Positions 29,135 through 38,065 of a stretch of 64,000 nucleotides of DNA are shown here, one piece after another. A program made the translations under genes and the position numbers. A model generated the notes under the pieces. The model did not search any database and was not told where the DNA came from. It saw only the letters and a list, made by a program, of their open reading frames with translations. Source of the stretch: an uncultured Rickettsiales bacterium (lineage in GTDB: Bacteria > Pseudomonadota > Alphaproteobacteria > Rickettsiales > JABCZZ01); assembly GCA_964454545.1 (NCBI GenBank), contig CAYVTI010000005.1, forward strand, positions 106-64,105, written 5' to 3'. How positions within the stretch are numbered: position 1 is the first letter of the stretch; every line of letters begins with the position of its first letter.

Positions 29135-30697
29135 CTATGATAAGGTAGCGGGCAAACGCACCGTAAATACTGATCCTTTGCCTTCCGTGCTTTCGACCGT
29201 GATGCTGCCGCCATGCAGTTCGACGACCATTCTGGCAAGATAAAGCCCAATTCCTGTCCCGGAAATATTTGAAACATTACTGCCGCGTGAATACCGCTCG
29301 AATACTTCGCTGATATCCTGCCGGGGGATGCCGATTCCGTGATCCAGCACGGTAACAACGATATGATCTGAACTGGTTCCGGCATTGACTTCTATGGGAC
29401 CGCCATCCGGCGAGTATTTAATAGCATTGGATAAAAGATTGGCAAACACCTGCCGCAGGAGCTTGGGATCGCCGAACATCCCTAATGCCCGTTCTCCGAT
29501 TTTTATTACAATTTGCGTGTCCGGCACTATCTCCCTATGTTCCTGACAGATATCGTTCAGCAATACGGTCAGGTCTATCTCCGTGGGGTGGAAATAGAGT
29601 TCGGGCTTTCCTTCGAATAACCGGGAAGAATGGATCAGGTTATCGATCAAAACAGTAATCTGCCTTACCGCGCCACGGATCTTCTCCGCACGTTCAGCCG
29701 TTGACTCAATGGGTGCCGGATGATTCATTTTCAGCAATCGCTGGGCATGGCCGTCGATAATGTTGAGTGGCGTGCGGAACTCATGCGAAGCTATGGATAT
29801 GAAATTACGTTGCACGGCCATCAGATTCTGTTCATGCTTCAGTTTTTCTTCCAGCATGGATGCCTGTTGAATCAATCCCTGACGGCTGTACGCCAGCTCG
29901 ATCATGTTATTACGGAATACCGTAAGGGCGCGCGCCATCTCGCCCACTTCGTCATGCCGTTGCGCCGCATTGATGCTTACATCCATATCATTGCCGGCCA
30001 GGCGGTGCATGTTCCTGACGAGATCGAGTATCGGCTCCGATATGGATCGCCTGATATATAAAACCCCCACTGTCACCATCATCGCTCCAAGCAGCATGGC
30101 AAGCACCGTAAGGGCGCGCACCTTGCTGTAAGTCTCCGCCGCGCGATCGCTGGCCGCCTGATCCTGCGCCACATTAAGATCCGTAAGCTGTCCGAGAGTG
30201 TCGCTCGCCGCATTATAGGCCGCCTGAGAGGCTGTTTTATACAGAGCGGCGCCTTTCTCCTTGTTATTTTCATGCATCGACTCGATCACCTGGCTGACAA
30301 TGTCTCTGTAGCGGTTCCAATCGTTGACAAAACGTTTATAGAGAATGGCCTCTTTGTCATCATGGTAAATATGCTCGTAACCCTGTTGCGCTTTGGCTAT
30401 ATTCCGGTCGAGTTCGGCCATTTCCCGCTCGCTCTTTGCGATGTCAGGCACGCTGGAAGCCAGAAGCAGGGTGCCTTCGGCCGCACGGAAATCGGAAGTG
30501 TAGTTGTTGAGATCGCCGAGGAAACGGGTATTAGGCAGCCACCGTTCGCGGAGCTGGCTGGCAACGTCTTCAAAATCATTGAGACACGCAATACTGAATA
30601 CGCCAAGAAAGACGAGCAGAAACAGGAGAAGAAAAAACCCCAGAGACAGGCGGAATCTTATAGAGAAATGATGCATGGCGTTTTGCTGGTTAGGCAC
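29135..30697 (-). CDS. Sensor histidine kinase (4-helix-bundle sensor, HAMP, HisKA, HATPase_c)
   Basis: 520 aa. TM1, a periplasmic helical sensor and TM2, then HAMP (EVGEMARALTVF), the H-box SIASHEFRTPLN, the N-box LLSNAIKYS and the G-boxes DHGIGI/GTGIGL. Confidence 0.85.
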   Translation of the reverse strand: MPNQQNAMHHFSIRFRLSLGFFLLLFLLVFLGVFSIACLNDFEDVASQLRERWLPNTRFLGDLNNYTSDFRAAEGTLLLASSVPDIAKSEREMAELDRNIAKAQQGYEHIYHDDKEAILYKRFVNDWNRYRDIVSQVIESMHENNKEKGAALYKTASQAAYNAASDTLGQLTDLNVAQDQAASDRAAETYSKVRALTVLAMLLGAMMVTVGVLYIRRSISEPILDLVRNMHRLAGNDMDVSINAAQRHDEVGEMARALTVFRNNMIELAYSRQGLIQQASMLEEKLKHEQNLMAVQRNFISIASHEFRTPLNIIDGHAQRLLKMNHPAPIESTAERAEKIRGAVRQITVLIDNLIHSSRLFEGKPELYFHPTEIDLTVLLNDICQEHREIVPDTQIVIKIGERALGMFGDPKLLRQVFANLLSNAIKYSPDGGPIEVNAGTSSDHIVVTVLDHGIGIPRQDISEVFERYSRGSNVSNISGTGIGLYLARMVVELHGGSITVESTEGKGSVFTVRLPATLS

Positions 30698-30794
30698 AAG
30701 GATATTACATTATAATAGTGACTAGGCATAAAGGAAACTGTAATAAATCACTATTTCTGTTGTCTGTGGCGGAGAATGATACTAAAAGAGCATT

Positions 30795-31412
30795 ATGACT
30801 CCATCGCCCAAGAAAATCCTGTGCATCGAAGATAACCGCGAGGCGGCAAACCTTATCAGCGAGGAACTCACCGAACGGGGCTATGAAATCAGTCTTGCCC
30901 GTAACGGGCAGGAAGGCTTCGCTGCAATCCTCAGGAATACGCCCGATCTTGTGTTATGCGATATCACCATGCCGGTCATGTCTGGGTTTCAGCTGCTGGA
31001 GCGGTTAACGGACATGGCGCCCCGCTTTGAAAACGTGCCGTTCATATTTCTTACCGCGCTCAGCGACCGTGATAACGAGATTAAGGGACGGAAATTAGGG
31101 GCGGATGACTATGTGACCAAACCAATTGATTTTGAAATACTGGATACGATTATTATCGCCCGCCTGGCTCGCGTTGCACGCAATGCGGTTTGGCCGGAAC
31201 GGGTGAAATTAAGCGACCGCGAGGTAGAAGCGCTGACCTGGGCGGCGCGTGGAAAAACTTCCGCCGAAATCGCCCAGATCCTCAATCTGAGCAAGCGTAC
31301 GGTGGACTTTCATATTGAGAACGCACGCGACAAGCTGGGGGTTTCAAACCGCATCCAGGCCGTCATCAAGGCGGCGAGCGGCCAGCTGATTGATCCTTAT
31401 TCTAATGCTTGA
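30795..31412 (+). CDS. Response regulator, REC + LuxR/FixJ-type HTH
   Basis: 205 aa. ILCIEDN...DLVLCDITMP in the receiver, and a C-terminal LSDREVEALTWAARGKTSAEIAQILNLSKRTVDFHI. Divergent from the kinase. Confidence 0.9.
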   Translation: MTPSPKKILCIEDNREAANLISEELTERGYEISLARNGQEGFAAILRNTPDLVLCDITMPVMSGFQLLERLTDMAPRFENVPFIFLTALSDRDNEIKGRKLGADDYVTKPIDFEILDTIIIARLARVARNAVWPERVKLSDREVEALTWAARGKTSAEIAQILNLSKRTVDFHIENARDKLGVSNRIQAVIKAASGQLIDPYSNA

Positions 31413-31635
31413 GGCGGATATCCGCGCCGTTGATGTTCACCGTTTTCTTTGCTGCGCCGTCTATGACAGCCGGGTTGGCGCCGCGTTGATTCGCGCTTCC
31501 AGATTTGCCCTGGTTTACAGCATGCGTTGGGCTTGGAGATGGTTTTTCCTCAGTTGCAGGAGGAACGGATTGCTGTGCAAAGCCAGCATGTGCGCTGAGT
31601 AAAATAAATATAAGCATGCATAGCAGTTTTTTCAT
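31402..31635 (-). CDS. Small secreted protein, translationally coupled to the RND pump gene (hypothetical)
   Basis: 77 aa with signal peptide MKKLLCMLIFILLSAHAGFA. Its ATG overlaps the RND stop (ATGA). Its 3' end overlaps the convergent response regulator gene by 11 nt. Confidence 0.4.
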   Translation of the reverse strand: MKKLLCMLIFILLSAHAGFAQQSVPPATEEKPSPSPTHAVNQGKSGSANQRGANPAVIDGAAKKTVNINGADIRLKH

Positions 31636-34600
31636 GACGGGCCGCCTTTCTGATCCATCCGCTTTTCCTGCGTAGCGTTATCGTCCTGCCCCAGGAATAC
31701 TAGCTGGAGCGCCGGAACCACCACAAGCAGCATCACCGGCCCAATCAGCATGCCGCCAACAACCACGGCAGCCAGAGGGCGTTGCACCTGGCTGCCAATG
31801 CCGGTTGAAAGCGCCGCAGGCAGCAGGCCTATACAGGCGGATAAGGCTGTCATTAACATCGGGCGCATCCGCTGTTCTGCGGCATAAAGCATGGCCTTAT
31901 AGGGACTCATGTGATTGTGATGCACCGTCTGATTGTAGTATGTGACAAGCAGGATGCCATTCATGACCGATACGCCGAAAAGTGAAATGAATCCAACCAT
32001 AGCCGATATGCTGAAATCGAGACCTGAAACATAGAGCGCCAGTATTCCTCCCGCAACGGCAAACGGCATTCCTGCTAATACCAGCAGACAGTCGCGCAGC
32101 GAATTAAACAGGCAATAAAGCAGCCCGATAATGAGCAGCAGGCTAATAGGCACGATAATCTCAAGCCGTTCTTTGGCAAGCTGGAGATCTTCAAATTCGC
32201 CCGCCCAGACTATCCGGTAGCCGGGCGGGAGCGGTATGCTCTTGGCGATACGCGCCTGCGCATCCGCCACCGCGCTTCCGAGATCGCGGCCACGCACGCT
32301 GAATTTGACGGGAATATAGCGCGCCCCGCTTTCGTGATAAATCCAGGCCGCACCGGTATCCAAGGTAATCGTGGCAAGCTCACTCAAAGGGATATAAGCA
32401 TCGGCGCCGCTGCTTGTCGTATAGCCAACCTTGATGTTGCGAATTTTTTCGATGCTGTCACGGTATTCCTGCGCATAACGGACAACCAGGCTGAACTGGC
32501 GATCGCCCTCCAGTACATTGGTTGCCGTCGTACCCCCCATAGCCGCCTGGATCACCGTGTTCACGTCGCCTGTATTCAGGCCATAGCGCGCTGCTTTAGC
32601 GCGATCCACCTTGATATTCAGGTTAGGCTGCCCAAGTACCGGAAAGATTCCTAAGTCGGCAATGCCTTTGACCTGACTCATCTGATCCCTGACTTGCGCA
32701 GCCAGTTTCTCAAGCATTGCCAGATTCGGCCCTAGAATCTTGACTGAGTTGGCTCCCTTGACTCCCGAAATCGCCTCTTCGATATTATCCTGAATATATT
32801 GAGAGAAATTGAAGACGACTCCGGGCAGCTCGTTCCGGAACTCGGCCTGGATCCGGGCTGTCAGTTTATCCTTGGTCATCCCTTTTGGCCATTCGCCGGG
32901 TGGCTTTAGGGGTACAAAGAGCTCGACGTTGGAGAACGGCGAGGCATCCGTCCCGTTATCGGGACGGCCATGCTGGGAAGTGACCGTAATGACTTCCGGA
33001 TGTTTCAGCAGTATCAGGCGCATTTTCCTCGTAGCCGCCTCACCATCCTGCAGAGAAAGCGTAGGAGGCATCGATGCGCGAATCCAGTAATTATTTTCTT
33101 CAAGTGCAGGGAGAAACTCGCTGCCTAATTGCGTGGCAAGCAATCCGGTAAAGAACAGAAATAACAATCCTCCCACAACTACCTGCCTGCGCTGATCAAG
33201 CGCCCAGCGCAAAACCGGCGTATAGATGGATCGCAATATCCGTACTACAATGGTCTCCGTTTCACGGACATGTTCGGGAAGCAGGAATGAGGCTAAAACC
33301 GGCGTGACAGTGAAGGTCGCAAGTAACGCGCCGACCAGCGCATAACCGTAGGTCCTCGCCATCGGGCCGAATATCTGGCCTTCGACCCCCTGCATGGTAA
33401 AAAGCGGAACAAACGCCGCAACCGTTATGGCCGTGGAGAAAAATATCGCCTTATCCACCTGCATGGCGCTGATAAGGATGAGGCGCAATCTGTCCGTCCA
33501 TACGGAACCTTGCTGTTTGTGCAGTGAATCCGTCGGATCGGTTCCCCATTCTCCGTGGGCAAGTGCTTCCAGACGCACAGCGCGGACTTCTTCCTTCGCC
33601 TCAAATTTACGGAATATATTTTCCACAAGTATTACCGCCGAATCGACGATGATGCCGAAATCAACGGCACCGACGGATAACAGGTTGCCGCTTTCTCCCT
33701 GGAGCACCAGCAGTATAATAGCAAAGAACAGCGCAAACGGAATATTCACCCCCACGATGATTGCGCTGCGGAGATCTCCCAGAAAAGTCCACTGGATGAG
33801 GAACACCAGCAGGCATCCGACAATGAGGTTATGCACAACCGTATGGGTCGTAAGCGCAATGAGATCGCCGCGATCATAAAAAGGCACTATCCTGACCCCC
33901 GGCGGCAGGCTGCCGTCGCTGTTCATTTTCGTCACTTCGGCCTTGACCTTCGGCAGCATTTTATCCGTCTGTTGCGTGCGGTTCATCACCACAATGGCCG
34001 CTGCCACGTCGTCGTCGTCATCCTTGCCGAAAATACCAAGCCTGGGCACATACCCCACTTTTACTTTCGCGACATCCTTAACCAGCAGGGGAATACCGTT
34101 TGATTGGCTAAGGACGATATTTTCAATGTCATCAACCTTGTAACCTTGCGTCAGATCATCACTACCACCATCGTCAATCAGGCCAACGCCCCGGATGTTT
34201 ATCGACTGCTGGCCCATGCGGATCTCGCGTCCCCCGACATTGATATTTGAATTTCCCAGAGCGGTGATGATTTGCGGTACGGTGATGTTGAAAGCTTCCA
34301 GTTTCCGGGGATCTATCTCGACGTTGAATTCCTTGGTGGTGCCGCCCCAGCTGTTGATATTGACGATACCGGGAATGGCCGAGAGCCGCCGCGCTACAAT
34401 CCAATCCTGAACCGTACGGAGATTAGTCAGCCCAAAATGCCTGGGGCCTTCCAGCGTATAGCGGTAAATTTCGCCGCTGCCGCTGTTCTGATTAATCTGG
34501 GGCACCTGGCCATTCGGCAGGGTGACGTTCTGTTGCAACGCTATATCTGTCTGGGCATAAGCAAAATTATAGTCAATGCCCCACTTAAACACGACACGGA

Positions 34601-34877
34601 TAAAAGATAAGCCATAGAACGAAGTGGAGCGGATGATTTCAATGCCGGGTATCGTGTAAAGCCCGATTTCCATAGGAATGGTGTAATAACGCTCCATTTC
34701 TTCTGCAGAAAGTCCCGGCGCCTGGGCAGTGATTTCCAGGATAACCGGCGTAGGGTTCGGATAGGACTCGATATTGAGTTTCTTGAAGGCAAAGAAGCCT
34801 GCACTGGCAAATGCCAGCAGCGCGAAGATAACGATCGCGCGGCGGCTAAGACAGGCTGCAATGACATATTTGAGCAT
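31632..34877 (-). CDS. RND efflux permease, CzcA/CusA (heavy-metal efflux)-like
   Basis: 1081 aa with a 12-TM RND architecture. The N-terminus has ESYPNPTPVILEITAQAPGLSAEEME. The TM4 signature is DFGIIVDSAVILVEN, a DFG...D.A...VEN type that I recall as characteristic of HME-RND pumps. Confidence 0.8.
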   Translation of the reverse strand: MLKYVIAACLSRRAIVIFALLAFASAGFFAFKKLNIESYPNPTPVILEITAQAPGLSAEEMERYYTIPMEIGLYTIPGIEIIRSTSFYGLSFIRVVFKWGIDYNFAYAQTDIALQQNVTLPNGQVPQINQNSGSGEIYRYTLEGPRHFGLTNLRTVQDWIVARRLSAIPGIVNINSWGGTTKEFNVEIDPRKLEAFNITVPQIITALGNSNINVGGREIRMGQQSINIRGVGLIDDGGSDDLTQGYKVDDIENIVLSQSNGIPLLVKDVAKVKVGYVPRLGIFGKDDDDDVAAAIVVMNRTQQTDKMLPKVKAEVTKMNSDGSLPPGVRIVPFYDRGDLIALTTHTVVHNLIVGCLLVFLIQWTFLGDLRSAIIVGVNIPFALFFAIILLVLQGESGNLLSVGAVDFGIIVDSAVILVENIFRKFEAKEEVRAVRLEALAHGEWGTDPTDSLHKQQGSVWTDRLRLILISAMQVDKAIFFSTAITVAAFVPLFTMQGVEGQIFGPMARTYGYALVGALLATFTVTPVLASFLLPEHVRETETIVVRILRSIYTPVLRWALDQRRQVVVGGLLFLFFTGLLATQLGSEFLPALEENNYWIRASMPPTLSLQDGEAATRKMRLILLKHPEVITVTSQHGRPDNGTDASPFSNVELFVPLKPPGEWPKGMTKDKLTARIQAEFRNELPGVVFNFSQYIQDNIEEAISGVKGANSVKILGPNLAMLEKLAAQVRDQMSQVKGIADLGIFPVLGQPNLNIKVDRAKAARYGLNTGDVNTVIQAAMGGTTATNVLEGDRQFSLVVRYAQEYRDSIEKIRNIKVGYTTSSGADAYIPLSELATITLDTGAAWIYHESGARYIPVKFSVRGRDLGSAVADAQARIAKSIPLPPGYRIVWAGEFEDLQLAKERLEIIVPISLLLIIGLLYCLFNSLRDCLLVLAGMPFAVAGGILALYVSGLDFSISAMVGFISLFGVSVMNGILLVTYYNQTVHHNHMSPYKAMLYAAEQRMRPMLMTALSACIGLLPAALSTGIGSQVQRPLAAVVVGGMLIGPVMLLVVVPALQLVFLGQDDNATQEKRMDQKGGPS

Positions 34878-34898
34878 GAGAGGCCTTTATCCAGTTGT

Positions 34899-35816
34899 TC
34901 AGTCCGACGGCGGCGCATAGAGTACGTTGCTGATGAAAACAGCCCCATCCGTAGCAACCAGTTCCTCAGGCTGCAGCCCTTCGAGGATCTGATCATATCC
35001 GTTCTGCTGCAGGCCCACCTTGACGGCGCGTTCTTCAAAATGTCCGCGATCCTTAGTCACCCACACCGTCATTGTTCCATCGCCTTTGCGCACCACTCCA
35101 TTCGCGGGTATAGCGACGGACACAACCGGTTCCTGAACCTGGATCACGAGAGTGGCAAGCATCCCCGGATACAGTTCGTTTCTGGGATCGTATATTTCGC
35201 AGCGCACCGCTATCCGGTGGGTATTGGGGTCTATGGCCGGGTTGCCGTCCGAGGAGTCATAGGCAGTAACCCCAAGCACGGCAACCTTGCCGTCAAAGAC
35301 GCGATCAGGATACGCCTTCACTTTTGCCGTAACCGGCTGTCCCACATGAATGAGCGGGCTGTCGGTTTCAGCAACGCTCGCGACGATGAACTTGGCGGAT
35401 GAATCAGATTCCGTACCGTCCGGCTGTTTATCGTTCCCGGCATCTTTTTCACGGTAGGCAACGCTGCCGACAGCCTCTCTTTCGATATGAAAACTATAGA
35501 TTCCTGCCGGTTCGATTGTAATAGCTTTCAATTGGCTTTGGGATAAATCCACAGCCGCTTCAAAGATATGGGAGGTGTCTTTGACTGTGTCACCAGCCGT
35601 ATTGGCATTGGGCTGCGTTTGGGGGGAAGAATGCGGCAAGCCGCCTGCGAAACCGAAATAATATAGGGAGGCCGCAACAATACATGCCGCAATCACTTTT
35701 GTTACAAAAGGCCAGAAATAGGAAGAACGTGATGATTTCCCGTGATGTTGCATAGCCAGCCCGTGATTTAGAACAAGCTTATAATGACTTGCATTGGAGG
35801 TTAACTCTACTGTCAT
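34899..35816 (-). CDS. RND efflux periplasmic adaptor (membrane fusion protein)
   Basis: 305 aa with an N-terminal TM and beta-barrel/lipoyl-type motifs (GQPVTAKVKAYPDRVFDGKVAVLG, VVRKGDGTMTVWV). The alternative start at 35753 (MQHHGK) is possible. Confidence 0.75.
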   Translation of the reverse strand: MTVELTSNASHYKLVLNHGLAMQHHGKSSRSSYFWPFVTKVIAACIVAASLYYFGFAGGLPHSSPQTQPNANTAGDTVKDTSHIFEAAVDLSQSQLKAITIEPAGIYSFHIEREAVGSVAYREKDAGNDKQPDGTESDSSAKFIVASVAETDSPLIHVGQPVTAKVKAYPDRVFDGKVAVLGVTAYDSSDGNPAIDPNTHRIAVRCEIYDPRNELYPGMLATLVIQVQEPVVSVAIPANGVVRKGDGTMTVWVTKDRGHFEERAVKVGLQQNGYDQILEGLQPEELVATDGAVFISNVLYAPPSD

Positions 35817-35825
35817 TTATGACAG
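35810..35825. promoter_or_regulatory. Perfect 7-2-7 palindrome CTGTCAT-TT-ATGACAG in the divergent efflux promoter region
   Basis: Seen directly. It lies 23 nt upstream of a perfect TATAAT (35848-35853) that faces the outer-membrane factor gene. It overlaps the first possible ATG of the adaptor gene. Confidence 0.3.
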
Positions 35826-35888
35826 TTCTTAAATCGGCAACTCTCTTTATAATCATTTGGATAATCTTAATCTGCGGGTACCCATCTG

Positions 35889-37430
35889 ATGCCCTCAAAA
35901 CGTATATTATGCGGTATTACGCTGGCGGCCGCTGCGTTGTTCGTCTCCGGTTGCGCCGTGGGTCCGGATTTCCGTAAGCCCGACGCGCCTGCAGCGAATT
36001 CCTACACAAAAGAGCCCATAGCCAATATCTATGGCAAGGATGCGCAGGCGTTCGTGAAAGACATGGATGTGCCCGGGCAGTGGTGGACATTATTTCAATC
36101 CGAACAGCTTAATGCGCTTATCGAGAAAGCGTTAAAATCAAATCCCAATATACAGGCGGCGCAAGCAGGCCTGCGGGCAGCCCAGGAAAACGTAAAGGCC
36201 CAGCAGGGGCTGTTCTATCCGTCCGTGGCAGGCAATTATTCCGCAACCCGCCAGCACATAGCGCCATCTGTTGCCGCTACCGATCCTCTGCCCTCCGGCC
36301 AGTTGCTTTTCTCGCTTTATAACGCGCAGGTCGGGGTTTCCTATGCGCCGGACGTATTCGGGCTTAACCGCAGGACAGTGGAATCATTGCAGGCACAGGC
36401 GGAAATACAGCGTTCTCAACTGTTGGCGACTTACCTGACGCTTACTTCCAATGTGGTTACGGCGGCCATTCAGGAAGCATCCCTGCGCGCGCAGATCAAT
36501 GCAGTTCATAAGATAATCGATATTGAAACCCAGATGCTCCATATGCTGCGCAACCAGTTTGCGAAAGGTTCCGCAAGCAGGCTCGATGTCGCCGCGCAGG
36601 AATCGCAGCTTGCGCAGGCCCGGGCTATGCTGCCGCCGATTGAAAACCAGCTGGCGGTGCAGCGCGACCTGCTGACGGCTCTTGCCGGTAATTATTCAGA
36701 GGATGAAATCGCTGAAAGATTTGAACTTTCCGGGCTTGCATTGCCTTCAGAACTACCGCTCAGCCTGCCTTCCAGGCTGGTCGAGCAACGTCCTGACGTG
36801 CGCGCTGCCGAAGAACAGTTGCATTCAGCAAGCGCCAGTGTCGGCATAGCGGTAGCGAACCGGTTGCCGCAATTTGCCATTAATGGCCTCGGCGGCTACA
36901 CCGGAACGAGTTTTGCCCATATGTTTAATCCGGCGGATCGTTTCTGGAGCATGGCTGAAGGGGTAACGCAGCCAATCTTTGACGGCGGCAACCTATTGCA
37001 TAAAGAACGGGCAGCCAGGGCTGCGTATGAACAGGCGAAAGCGCAATACAGAAGCGCCGTAATCACCGCTTTCCAGAATGTAGCGGATACCCTCCATGCG
37101 CTTCAATTTGATGCCGATGCGCTGAAAGCCGCCAATGCTGCCGAGCATGCCGCTGGCACCACGCTTGAACTGACGAGGCGGCAATTGCAATCCGGTTCCG
37201 CCACTTACCTTGCTGCTTTAAGTGCGGAGCAGACATATCAGCAGGCCAGAATCAGCCTGATACAGGCACAGGCCAGCCGTTATGCCGATACTGCGGCACT
37301 ATTCCAGGCGTTAGGCGGCGGCTGGTGGAACAGGCCTGATAGGGAGGCCAACGAAACGCAATCTTCCGGCATACGGTCAGAAGGCGCGGATGAACCGGCC
37401 CTTTCTGCGTCCCATGATGAAAACGATTAA
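35889..37430 (+). CDS. Efflux outer-membrane factor lipoprotein, NodT family
   Basis: 513 aa. Lipobox LFVSGCAVGPDF, and two OEP repeats ending FQALGGGW. Confidence 0.85.
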   Translation: MPSKRILCGITLAAAALFVSGCAVGPDFRKPDAPAANSYTKEPIANIYGKDAQAFVKDMDVPGQWWTLFQSEQLNALIEKALKSNPNIQAAQAGLRAAQENVKAQQGLFYPSVAGNYSATRQHIAPSVAATDPLPSGQLLFSLYNAQVGVSYAPDVFGLNRRTVESLQAQAEIQRSQLLATYLTLTSNVVTAAIQEASLRAQINAVHKIIDIETQMLHMLRNQFAKGSASRLDVAAQESQLAQARAMLPPIENQLAVQRDLLTALAGNYSEDEIAERFELSGLALPSELPLSLPSRLVEQRPDVRAAEEQLHSASASVGIAVANRLPQFAINGLGGYTGTSFAHMFNPADRFWSMAEGVTQPIFDGGNLLHKERAARAAYEQAKAQYRSAVITAFQNVADTLHALQFDADALKAANAAEHAAGTTLELTRRQLQSGSATYLAALSAEQTYQQARISLIQAQASRYADTAALFQALGGGWWNRPDREANETQSSGIRSEGADEPALSASHDEND

Positions 37431-37474
37431 AAAGCAGGATGAGCCAGCGATTACTATCATTATTACGATGCTTT

Positions 37475-37843
37475 TTAATGCGATTTTACTTTGCTTTCAA
37501 TCTTGTCTTCTAGCGCTCCGGCTTTGCTCTCAACACCATTTTCAAGCACTTTTCCGGTTTTCGCATCTACACCCACTTCGTAGATTTTGCCATTTTCCCT
37601 GATGTCAAAGGAATAACGAAGGCCGCTGCCGCCGTTTTCCTTTTCCAGATCTTCATCCGTAACCGTTCCGGGACGCGCCTTGAGAGCAATGGCACGGGCA
37701 TCAGGTAAGCTCAGTTTTGCATCCTTTGCCAGTTCCTCGCCCTTATAGGCCTGCGCGGAATTTGCCATCCCGGCCAGCGCAAGACAGAATGCGGCCAGAA
37801 AAAGCTTTCCCGAATATGAACTCTTTTGAAAGATGGTGGACAT
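37475..37843 (-). CDS. PepSY domain-containing secreted protein
   Basis: 122 aa with a signal peptide. ARAIALKARPGTVTDEDLEKENGGSGLRYSFDI...YEVGVDAKTGKVLE is the PepSY pattern. Confidence 0.75.
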   Translation of the reverse strand: MSTIFQKSSYSGKLFLAAFCLALAGMANSAQAYKGEELAKDAKLSLPDARAIALKARPGTVTDEDLEKENGGSGLRYSFDIRENGKIYEVGVDAKTGKVLENGVESKAGALEDKIESKVKSH

Positions 37844-37904
37844 AACGGACTCCTTTTGTTTTTTGAATTACTTTGGGATAAGAGCATTTTGCGGTCATTA
37901 TGAT

Positions 37905-37918
37905 TTGATCAGGATCAA
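37905..37918. promoter_or_regulatory. FNR/FixK/Anr-type box TTGATCAGGATCAA
   Basis: A perfect match to TTGAT-N4-ATCAA. Its centre is about 68 nt upstream of the PepSY ATG and about 150 nt upstream of gltD. The 14-mer is identical to the one at 54239-54252. Confidence 0.55.
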
Positions 37919-38065
37919 TTTTCCATGATTTTCAGGGGCTATCCCATACTCCCCCTCTTGACATAAGAACCTTTTATCCCGTTAAATGGCAACAGGCTAG
38001 AAAAGCAATGAGGGAGCGCGTTTGGAACATATGCAACATATAAATATAATTGCCCTGGCTTTTGC

